NCBI GenBank assembly: GCA_000708835.1
Contig: DF237321.1
Span: 26,334-90,333 of the forward strand
Source of the DNA: Klebsormidium nitens
Lineage: Eukaryota; Plantae; Klebsormidiophyceae
Reading direction: 5' to 3'
DNA: 64,000 bases
Below, in pieces: positions 26,201 to 37,000 of this stretch. The stretch's first letter is position 1. The number at the start of each line of letters is the position of its first letter. The translations under genes were made by a program, and so were the position numbers. The notes below the pieces were generated by a model, which did no database searches, was not told the origin of the DNA, and was given only the letters and a program-made list of their open reading frames with translations.

Positions 26201-28017
26201 GGGAACCATTCTGGGGGAACCAGGCCAGCATCAAACAGGTGGCTTAAGAAATTGAATTACGGGCGTAAGCAAGTTCTCTGTGCCGAAATTGCTTGTGTAG
26301 TTTGAATCGTGGAGCGTTGGCTTTGCGTGTCTCCCTCCAGTAGCCCTGCTATTACCTGGGCAGAATGGCCTCATCATAACTCAGACGCTTCGTAGTCTCT
26401 TGTTCTCTTGTCGTCTGGTGTTTCGTTCGTTGGCCTCAGACACCCGGAACTTTGTGAGACCAGATTACTTTGCAGTTCTCAACAGAACAACGAATCACCC
26501 AAACTCTGAAACCTCAATGAGCAGACTACTGACGCTGCTTTTTCCACCCTCAGGAAACGCCCGCCCTCGAGCAATACGCCCGCATCACTGGCAACCAAGT
26601 CACCCACCAGTCGTTCCAAGTCTATAAGGATCCCGACGACGTATATACGTGGCTGGGCGCCTCCCCCGACGGCCTCATGGCGTATGACTCCGCGGGGCTG
26701 GGACAAGGCCCCGGGGTGCTGGAGGTGAAGTGTCCGTTTGGACGGGAGGGGCCGGAGATTGTGCAGCCGTATCCGAGCGTGCCGTTCTACTACATCCCGC
26801 AAGTACAAGGTACGCATAGAGAAACAATCCCCTCCATTGTACTGTACTTGGTTCTTTCCACTCTTGTCGCTTGGTTGGAAGTGATGGGCGATGTTGGATG
26901 TGAAAATTCAGCTTTGGGTTGCCAGTGGTGTTTAGGGACAGATTCTACGAAGTACAGGATACGGTCGCAGATTGCCTACTCTTAGCGCAATCTTTTACGG
27001 ACATCCCTTTTACGATGTGATGTAGCGCAGGGCTGCTGGGGATGTCCACCTACTTTCCGTGGTCTCTCAACTCAGTCGTTCCTGGCCTTGAGTCTAGCGT
27101 CTGGGCACTTTGCTCAAAGTTTTTATGGTGTAACTTGCGCAGGGTTGCTTGAGATCTTTGACCGGCAGTGGGCCGACTTCTTCGTGTGGACGGTCAACGG
27201 CAGCGTCGTGTTCCGCGTGGAGCGAGACCCCGCCTATTGGGCGCTGCTCTTCCCCGTGCTCAGCCATTTCTGGTGGCAGGTGAGCCCTAAAGAAACTGAT
27301 CCTACACTTAAGTTGTCATGCTTCTTGTGGTTCTCTTGATTTAGAAGTAGAGTCCAGGTTATGTTTCAATTGCAGCACTGTGGTGGGCAGGTGGCCGTGA
27401 ATTTTGTGTGCTCGGTAAGGGCTTACTGTCATCAAAAGAATCATAATGTTGACGGGGATCGGGACGGGATCCGTGCCCTTTTCGTTGGTTCGTCGTTAAC
27501 TCCTTCTTCAGTTTTTGAACCGTTGAAATGCCATACGGGATCATTGTGGGGACTTTCCAAGGGACTATTGGATCGGCCTAAAGTTTCCCGACTGTTTTGA
27601 GTCAGAGCGGCAAAGCGAACGCTTTTACCGGTGCAAAAGAGCAAATAGGATTGGCTTTCACATCTTGAAGCTTCGCTTGGGGACTCCTTTGTTTGTCGCT
27701 GCCACTCCACCCGTTGGTCTGTAGCACGTGGTTCACTGCTAATACTGGAGAATGGTAAACTGCATCACATGCAAGGGCTCATCTCAGAGGGTTCCGCTTT
27801 CCGCCGCTGATGTTCCGTCCGTTCGCAGCACGTGGTTCCGGCGAAGCACGAGTTGGTCCACGGGCGGAAGGATCCGGACTACCTCCGGACCAGATTCGAG
27901 CCGCAGCCGAAGGACGTCCGCACGGAGCTGATCATTGCGGAGAGCAAGCGGCTGTCCGCAAGGTCACCCGCGATCTGGACGGATTCCGGCCGAGTGCGGA
28001 ACGGAAACTACGGATGA
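23296..28017 (+). CDS. YqaJ-like (lambda-exonuclease fold) nuclease with organellar presequence-like N-terminus and long disordered region
   Basis: Exons 23296-23320, 23701-26096, 26554-26809, 27143-27279, 27829-28017 join in frame. Domain motifs: EQRTPEWYALRRWRLTAS, WGTKQE, WLGASPDGL, VLEVKCP, YYIPQVQG (PF09588-type). The N-terminus MFHLQRAAGARRRCAPRYLSTFARAFAS is Arg/Ala-rich. The first exon is inferred. Confidence 0.88.
25630..25925 (+). repeat. Coding 21-nt (7-aa) degenerate tandem repeat, TCGGACG core
   Basis: Translates as SDGPQSF-SDVAGSL-SDASRSL-SDGSQAV-SVVSKSL-SDAFSLA-SDGPKTA-PDGPKSA-SDGPDEQ immediately before the YqaJ domain. Confidence 0.85.
26179..26244 (+). repeat. Intronic partial copy of the preceding exon's 3' end and donor (YqaJ gene)
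   Basis: TGGGATGAGAAATTGGAGTTACGGGAACCATTCTGGGGGAACCAGGCC...AAACAGGTGG mirrors the exon end at 26028-26100. Confidence 0.8.
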
Positions 28018-29249
28018 GCGGAATGTAGAAGCAGGTGTTATTGAATATGCAGGTCATAAGGCGAGTCTGGGGACCAAAGTCGAGCCAGGTGATACGATCG
28101 AAAGGGCAGACGACAGCTTTCACATTGAAAAGTTGAAGAGCTGGATTGATAGATATACAGCACGCATGTTCGGCAGATTATGCTCAGCAACAAGATTGGT
28201 ACTGATTTTCATGACACGTGAGAGACTCAACAAACTAACACAACAACTCATTCGCGTTTTGTTTACGGTCATCGACCCTGGATGACCACTGCACGAAGCG
28301 GGCGCATGATTGAACTTGCCATCCTAGCTGGCTGATGGCAAGTCAGCCTGTCGATATGCTTGTTCGGTACTACGTCTTTCAATGACTTAGGTCCTACTGC
28401 GTGTCGGCGATTAAAGTAGTTCTGTTGAGACTTTGACAGAAAGCCATGACTTCATACAATGGTGCATTGATCGACGCAGCTGCGAAGCAGTCATGCGCAT
28501 TTAAGAGTCAATAGACGAAGTTACACGTCCTTCTGGTCTTCTATGCATCTATTTGGGCGCGCATGTGCTCCGATCGTCCGTACCGTCGTGCACGTCACCG
28601 TGTCGTGTAACTTGACGTCGTTGTTTGCAGTAATGCGCGCACTCAGTCGCTTGCATGCCACAAACCACGGCTTGCATGAGAAGTCAACCGGAATACTTCC
28701 ATATGCATATCGCGCACTCAGAGCGAAAGCGGATTACCATGCAAAGTCAGGACGTGAGTCCAATCTTGCTGCGCCGCGCAATTGCTGGAATCATGATCTG
28801 ATTCACCGTGTCACTAACGGCGGCTGATTGATGCCTATATGATCTAGAAGAAGGATCCATATGCATGGCTGCACTTACATACGAATCGTGTTACTTTACA
28901 CGTCTACCAAGCTTGGTGGTCAGATCAAATAATCTGTGCACGCAGGCCGCCACAAAAACTGTCTACGCCTCCAATATAGACAGTACGTAAGCCCATGGAA
29001 TGCTTGTAATATAGCCCCCAAAGCACAGATTGACTCCCACTAGCCGCAAACACATATATATGGAGGTCAAGGTCAGTGATGACCTTAATTATGCAGCTTT
29101 TTAGATTGTTACAGATCGTTTTAGGAGTCTTTTCCGTCTTGGAAAAAAGCGCTTCAATGGGATTGTTACATTCTAAAAGCTCAAAACTAAGCTTGCATCG
29201 ACCTATGACTGATAGTGGCCTAGCCAACTTTCCTACTCGGTTCCCTAGC

Positions 29250-29908
29250 TCAGCCGCGCCACTCCTTAATCGCCCGACTGAGACTCTCCACCGGCAGGAC
29301 GTCCTTCTTCTGGAGCTTCTTGCTCCGTTCGATGGGACACGTGTCGTGCGTTGCCAGCCACTCTTCGATGGCCGCTCTCTCGAACGTCTTCCCTGTCTCC
29401 ACCAGCATGACCGGGTCACTCATGAGCGCCTTGGTTATCGGGCACACAAAAGCGTCCGGGTGGGAGAGCTTATGGCGCTTTGCCGCCCGGTTTTCCAGGT
29501 CTGCCGCGCGCTCCTTCAGCTGAACTTCTCTTTCTTTCAACTGCATCTCCCGCTCCTTGAGCTGTAACTCCCTCTCTTTGTACTCCATAAAGTAACTTCC
29601 ACTCAGCAGATCAGACGGCTTTTCGACCTTGTGCGCAGCCAGGGGGTGGTCGCAAGATGCGCAGATGCTTTGGACCCCCCCACTGCGGGGAGTTCGCATG
29701 GGCAGAACTGCCCGAGCATGTCACAGTGCTCCTCAGGGTGAACGTACCCGCCAGAATCGTTGCCACCACTATCCTTCAAGTGCGCCGCGCACATGCAACT
29801 GTTTAAGTTCTTTCCAGAGGTGCAGGGACACCTCATCACCTTTTTGCAGACCAGGCCGAATTTCGCGAAACCCGGGTCCATAACCCACAGAGAGTAACCT
29901 CTGTCCAT
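29250..29908 (-). CDS. U-box E3 ligase-like protein: Cys/His-rich N-terminus, heptad coiled coil, C-terminal U-box; apparent frameshift at the G7 run 29675-29681
   Basis: U-box HPDAFVCPITKALMSDPVMLVETGKTFERAAIEEWLATHDTCP...LSRAIKEWR* in ORF 29250-29699. Heptads KERELQL/KEREMQL/KEREVQL/KERAADL. The upstream Cys-rich frame (ORF 29603-29965) is offset by one base. The U-box is secure; the start at 29908 is tentative. Confidence 0.75.
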
Positions 29909-31045
29909 TTCTCCGGATGCAGGGTGGAACGTGGAGGATCTGAAAGAAACCTGGTCTGCTGACAAGGATCACGGCTTTGGAACTGCGCGGAAAACGAAGT
30001 AGCGAGTCAAGCTGGTTGGGTGATGGAGCAAAAGGCACGCAAGAGGTGACGGATGAGCTGCCAAGGCACACGAGTTGAACAAAGCTTTGCTGCAATTGAA
30101 CTTTAAACACGTGCAGAAACCTTGGACCAGTGACGTTGTGTCCGACTTCAAAGCTTCCAGGTTATTCTCTTATGGATTCCATCTCGACTGCTTGGAGTGA
30201 ACATTCAAGATGTCTGCCACTTGAGTTGCTCACACAAACCAATTTACCCTTCCGGGCACATACAGCCTGTTGTTTTGGCCTTAGCAGATCAAGACTTTGA
30301 GTAGTACTGAGACTGCAAGTATGCATAAGGACACAGTAAGATGGCGAACGCAAGCGCTAATCGGTCCAACAAAGAGAACAAAATTTCCCCAGAATAGCCT
30401 GCTGGTTTCCACCGGGATGTCTCGAACATAAACTTGCTTGGCTGATGTAAAAGAATAAAGTGATCAAAAGTAAGAAGCTGAGGGTCGCGATAGCTTTTGG
30501 AGCTTCATCGACAGGGCGCTAACTGTCGGGGCGGGGCCGGGGCGGCCACTGCTGATTGCTTGCCGCCTGCTTGCTTACCTGCAATATGTGGCTCCCGTGA
30601 ATCTTGCACTTTGAAGGGCCGCCTGTCCACACATATCAGTATGAGGATGACCTTTGACATACGCTTTGCTCATGCGCTTTGACGCTTTTCTGAAACGTCA
30701 AAGCGGCGCGCGCGGCCGGTGGCCCGCGGGTGCGTTTGTGGCGGCCGGCCGGAAAACCTCGGAAACAGGGTTTTCGTTCCGTTGACTTTGCTTCCGCCGC
30801 GGATCCGTTCGGCGACAGAGATTGTCCTGGCCCCCTGGCCGGCCTGCTCATTTGCAAGCTGCAGCTGATTGCGCAGGGCTTCAGTTGCGCCTAAGCCTGT
30901 TAGGGCCAGGGTCCGGGCCAGGCGACAGGAAGGGCCGGGCTTTTCCAGTAAATGATCTAGAGCTGCTTGTGTAGCTGATTGAGCAGGACGTCTTCGGGAG
31001 AAGGAGAACTGCACCAAAGATCCTGCGCGCTCCAATCAACCAAAG

Positions 31046-34000
31046 ATGATCGGGCCAGAAGATCAGGTGCCGAAACCTCCTGAGGAACGGCGGGACGGGA
31101 GGAAAGCAGATGCATTCAACAATGCTTCTCCAATTTCGGTTGTCTTGGGGTACTGGAAAGGTATGTGGCATGATTGAGAACGTGTTGTCAGGGGTGGCAG
31201 AATGTCGCCTGTCGTTTCAAAAGGGTTTCCTAAAATCAGCTCACTGGCAGGCAGCCATGATGAGAAACTGGAAAAGCTTACACAGCGTACACTAATTGGA
31301 GTATTTAGGATTGGGCAACAGAAGCCCCACCGTACATGTAGACTCTGCATATCAGCTTTTGGGGGACATTGGTGTTTCTGTAAGTGTCATCTATTTGTGA
31401 ATTATGCACGGACATCATTGACTATTTTTGAGGGCCTGCCTCCACAAGAAGTGGTGAGCATCACTGGTTTTGCACTTGCTCGCTTGGGCCTTGTTAAACG
31501 CCCCAGACGATGGAGGTAATCCCAGGCTTCCCTTGGCTCGAAGATCCGCAATGCAAAGAAGGCAGTCCGAATGAACCAAGAGAATGTCACCACTTCTGAT
31601 TGCAGAATTTGACCTGGAGAATGCACGGGGCAAACTGGACGAGCAAGGCCTGCGGATTGCAGAGCACCAGGAGCAGAGTATGACAAACAGGAGGAAGTTG
31701 GCAGAATCCACAAGGGGTAAGTGCTTTGGAAAACGACCTTTGACAAGGTGGTCAATGCCCCATTCTGTTTACGTTCAACAGAGACAGTGCAGACTACAGT
31801 CAACTTCGGCTTGATTGATACATCTTGGGGAAGTGCCAGGGTCCTCGATGCTTCAGGCCTGTTCCTTTTGGCGGTTGACCTGCTTAGCCAGGTCAGAAGA
31901 AAATCATGTTTGGGTTTGCTGACCTAGTCTGCTCCAATCAGGTTGCGATACTGCACTACGTCGAGATTTTGAAGCATGTACTCGCTACCTCAGCTTTTGC
32001 TTGTCATGTAGGTACGGCCTGATTTGCTGCGATTCATGGGATGTGTTGTCTTTGGCAATTGCAGTTGGCCCCTGTGTCTCATGGCCAGAACCAGGCCTGC
32101 TTTTGCTTTTCCTTGCGGCAGGATCCTAGACAACCTGTAATTCCGCGATAATCACATGTATTAGCGATACCCCTTTCCTGCAGATTTCAAGAAGGCCGAT
32201 ACCGAGGAGAAAGTTAAGCTGTTTGGGCCCCTCTTGAAGGCCTATCAGGAGGAGGTGGACAACCTGACGAAGCGGGCCAAGTTTGGAGAGAATGCGTTCC
32301 TCAATGTCTACCAGAAGCTGTATGAAGCACCAGACCCTGTTTCGTGCTTGGCATCAGCTTCGGTGAGACTGGTTGTGCTCAGTCTGGATTTCTGTTACTC
32401 AGGAGTATCTTTTTGACTGATTAGTAACCTCTTATATTTCTTGAATTTTGTACTATGGGGGCTGCAAGTGAAGGATAATTGATGGACTGGGAAAGTGATC
32501 TAACTGGTTCTTCCTTCCATTGTATCAAAGGAGGACACAGGACACCATTGTGACCCATCTCGCTTTGTTGCTATCCAGGTTCAAGGGTTTAGAAACACAA
32601 GAAGCAATCGAAGATGAGAAGATCTGATGGGAAGTGTCCAACATTTGAAGCTCACACCTTTACACTGTACAGGAGACCGCGGCGCGCGTCGCAGAACTAG
32701 AGGCGGAGAACCGGCGATTCCGTCAGGAGCTGGAGGAGTACCGAGCAGAGGCGTCCAATCTCAAGAACCAGCAGGTACTGCGCGACTTCACGGGCCATGA
32801 TTGTGGAATAACCTAAAAAGAGGTCGTTGTAGAAGTGGAAAACCATTAGAGTAGCACAAGTGGGATTCGTAAGTGGTCAGGGTTTCTGAAAAAACCGACA
32901 TAGTGTGCTTCGGCGTTTGTTTGCTCAGGCAGGATACGTGATTGCAAGATTCCGGCTTCGTTGTACTCTCCTCAATTGCAAACATTGGATCCCTTACTGC
33001 ACAATGGGCTGTTCTCAGGTGCACAGTCTTCAGGGGACACGTCTTCGAATTCTGTTCTCGTGATCGTGTATCCCTGATCCTGTTTCAATCTGCGTTCTCT
33101 TCGCGCGCAGGTGACGGTACGGCGGCTGGAGGAGCGCAACCGGCAGCTGGAGCAGCAGATGGAGGAAAAAGTGCGCGAGATTGTTGAGATGAAGCAACGG
33201 TCCCTCGCGGAAGAAAATCAGAAGAGCCTCGAGGTCCTCAAGTCCAGGTGCGTATCTATAAAACGTTGTGAAGGGTCTTGCGTTATTTTGTTCCTACTCC
33301 CCGGTGAGACAACATCGTGACGATGACGCAGGCCTGTTTACGGACAAGAATCAGAAATAAGAGTTTTGAGGCCCCCAAGTCCACTCGCGTAGATTCTGAA
33401 TATTGTGAGATTTCTTGTGGTGCTGTGTCGCCGCTTGAGCGGGGAGCAAGCGAAGATGGCTCGAGCAATTGAGTGTCTATGGCGAGGGAGCAAAAGAGCT
33501 TGGAGGCGCTCGAGTCTAGACCCAGACAACGAAGATGGTCATTTCATCAAGATGGAACCGTCTTGACAGGACAAGTATGAGAGTGTCCCACTTTGAGTAC
33601 TGAGGGAAGTAAGCGATGGTCAAAGCCAACTATTTGAGCCGTTACAAGATTCCGTTCCGCCCTGGAATGGGTTCCTGCTCCGCAGGGAAGACCATCTTCG
33701 AGAGCAGCTGCAGGCCGCGCACGACCAGCTTTTCAAGATGCAAAAGCTGTACGGTTTCTCGAAAGAAATTGCTTCGTTCCGCCGTGAGATTCATTGTGTT
33801 CCTTCCGCCCAGCAAGGGTAGCCGTCACAGAACTCCGTTTCGTCCTAAATCTTGATTCGCATCCGTTTCGCAGGGAAGACCACCTTTAAGAGCAGCTGCG
33901 CACTACGCTGAGCGGCATGCAAAAGCTACACGATTACGGGCAGAGCCAGTTCTTCACAATCTTACTTCATTCCCGCAAAAAACTTCTTCTTAGACCATCT

Positions 34001-37000
34001 CCGAGACCAGCTGCGCACTGTGCGCAATACGATGAGCATTCGAAGCTGCACATATTTGGAAAATTCCTCTACTTGTTTCCGCCACTAAAATTGGCATCCT
34101 ACTCCGTTTGCAGGGAAGACCATCTGCAAGAGCAGCTGCGCACGGCACGCGACACGTTGAGCAACATGCAGAAGCTGCACGAGTACGGGCAGAGCCAGCT
34201 GTTCGAGCTGCGGACGCAGTCGGAGGAGGAGCGCGCCGTGCGCCACTCGGAGCTGACGCTGCTCACGGACGAAGTGGAGCGGGCGCAGGCGCGGCTGATG
34301 CAGCTGGAGAAAGAGAAGGTGGGAAGTTTGAAAACTTTATGGCGGCCTTGATCTGCGAGGGCGGGTGTGGAGAATAGCGTACAGAATTTGATCTCAGGTT
34401 CCGGATCTCAGGACATTCCGGATCTGAGGAAACGACCGCCGGGGGTTCAGTTCTCTCCTATTCTGCAACCCCTCTTACAATGTCTGCGAATTTCACGCGG
34501 CCGCCCGGTGAAAGTGAGGAATACGATCAGCGCCGTTCGATGCAAATTCTTGCAAACCGAAGGGCCTAGATTCTTTGTCCGCGACCGGCGGACTCCGGAG
34601 TCGTACGATACATACTACAGGTGTCGCCGGTCCCGAGATCGGGAAAGGACCTGAGGTTAGGAATTTTGTGCGCTATTCTCCACACCCGCCCTCTCTAGAG
34701 ACTCCGAGGGCCAGTGCGTGAGGCGATGTTCGTATAGCAAGAGAATGGCGGGGCCGTTGAGCAGCGCTTTACTTTCTAGTGATCGACATCTGAAACCGCT
34801 ACAGAGTGTGAGCTTAGCTCGGTCGATGAAGTGCTTTTGTACGTTCACTTCGAGGATTTGGGGTAAACTTTATTTCTGAGGTTTTTGAAACCTTCACAAC
34901 TTTGGACGGCGGTCGAAGGGCATCCTGCACATCGAAAGACTGCGAAGTCAGGTGCGAGAGCTGCAACCAAGGTCGAGTGTAGACGTGACCGATGGATGGT
35001 ATCTCAGCTGTTTGCTCTAGATACCCGCGAAGCTTAAGCCCAAAGAATTTACAGTATTGACGAGTATACAGAAATGGAAAAGGTCACAGGAGACCTATGA
35101 GCCAGGTCCAGACGTTTGACTTGGATCAGATTTAATCTCGATTGGTCGTACGCGATCTATTGTTCGAAAGAGATTTTTTTGTGCAGAATTGAGGGCCGAA
35201 AATTTGGGACCTTACTTCGTTCTAAATACAGCAAGAGCGTTGCATTTTCTGCGAGCACATGAGCACCTAAATCCTCCTGTGAACCTGCTTCAGCGCTTGT
35301 ACGTTGGGTTTGCCGCACCTCACAATCCGCGTAAGTATTCTGCAAATTTTGACGTACACACTTCCAGACAACTCAAATACGTCGCCTTCCTGCGGGCACA
35401 GGAAGACTTGCGGAGCCAGGTCCAGACATCCAACGAGGGCGGGGGCGTTCGGACGTCCGAGCCGCACCTTATTGAATCACTCTCTTTGCGATGCTGACCA
35501 AGAGGTGGAATTTGAGACTCCAGACAGCGCGCGAATGCTGCCTTTTTGCGTGAGCAGGAGGACTTGCGGGGCCAAGTCCAGGCGTCCAACGAGGGCGGGG
35601 GCGTGCGGACGTCCGAGCCGCCCTTTCTGATAAAGAACTGCTCTGCGATGCTGACTAAGAGCTGGAGATTGAGACTCCAGACAGCGCGCGAATGCTGCCT
35701 TTTTGCGTGAGCAGGAGGACCTGCGGGGCCAGGTTCAAGCGTCCAACGAGGGCGGGGGTGTCCGGACGTCCGACCCGTATGACGACAGCCACCTGGAGGC
35801 GGCGCTGCTGGCGAAGGAGAAAGTGATCAGCGAACTGCACGCGGAGCTGCACAAACTAGAGACGGCACTTGCGGGGGAGAAGGAGGAGCGGCTGGCGGAG
35901 ATTAAGAAGCTGCACGTGGCACTCGACGAGAAGGTGGGGCTCCGGATTTTAGGAAACTACATTGATCAAGGTTTGGAAGACTTCGGTATAAACGAGGAAA
36001 GCATGGCAGAACCAGACATGGATTCGTGCTTTCCAAAGTGCTCCAATGCTTCCTGTGCGTGTATCTTTGTTCATGTTGATCCACGAGCGCTGGCTGATTG
36101 AGAAGTCATAGGAAGCCGTCGACGATAAGTTGACTTGGAGGGGTTTACCTCTTTCTTTATCTTTGCCTTCAAGGAGTGGTCCTAACCATAAGCACACCGT
36201 CATAGTCGCTTCACCATCTTCACAAACCTGTCTGGTAGCCGATGTCAACAGCTCGAAGCGGATTGCTGCAGGGCCGCTGCAAAGCAGGGTCGACGGTCTG
36301 TGCAAGCAGCTGACGACCAAAGCTGTGGCGCAAAGATGCAGCGTTGAAAGCGCGCATTCACCCCTCCTGATCTCTTTTTGCAGGTTGCTGAAGTTCAAAA
36401 CCTTCAAGCCGAGCTCCTTCAGCAGCAAGCCGACGTTGAAACAGGCCAAAATGCTGTGAAAGCAGGTGCAAGAGAAGGATGTCGAGGCGCTTTCAAGCCG
36501 CGCTCTTGAAATTGCTTTTCAAGCTCCCGTGTCTTGCTCCACAGGTTTCTGAAGTTGAAAGCCTCAACGCCGAGCTCCTCAGCCGCCGACATCGAAGCAC
36601 TTGGACGTTTTGCGCAAGCGGGTGAAGACATAGTCAGCCAAAGCAGTCTTTGATATGCTCGCTTCTTGAAGCATTCTAATCTCTGTTCACAGGTTTCTGA
36701 AGTTGAGAGCCTCAAAGCCGAGCTTCTCCAGCGGCCGACTTCGAAGCAGGTGGATGATCTGCGCAAGCAGGTGAAGATCCTGCAGGCGGTGGGGTACAAC
36801 TCGGTGGAGGCGGAGGACTGGGAGATTGCGACACGTGGCGACGACATCGGCAAGCTGGAGACGCTGCTGCTGGACAAGAACCGGCGGCTCGAGCACGAGC
36901 TGACGCAAGCAAAGGTGGGCGGGGCTGAAATGGGAGAAGTGCTTGATTAGAGTGGTTGCTAATGGTCCGCAAATGTGATCAAACTGAAGTAGCTTTAGCT

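Noticed and set aside
28314-28343. Small hairpins (28314-28343, 22333-22358, ~18063-18090)
   Set aside because: Arms of 8-10 bp are expected by chance at this scale; no Helitron CTRR end or other supporting context.
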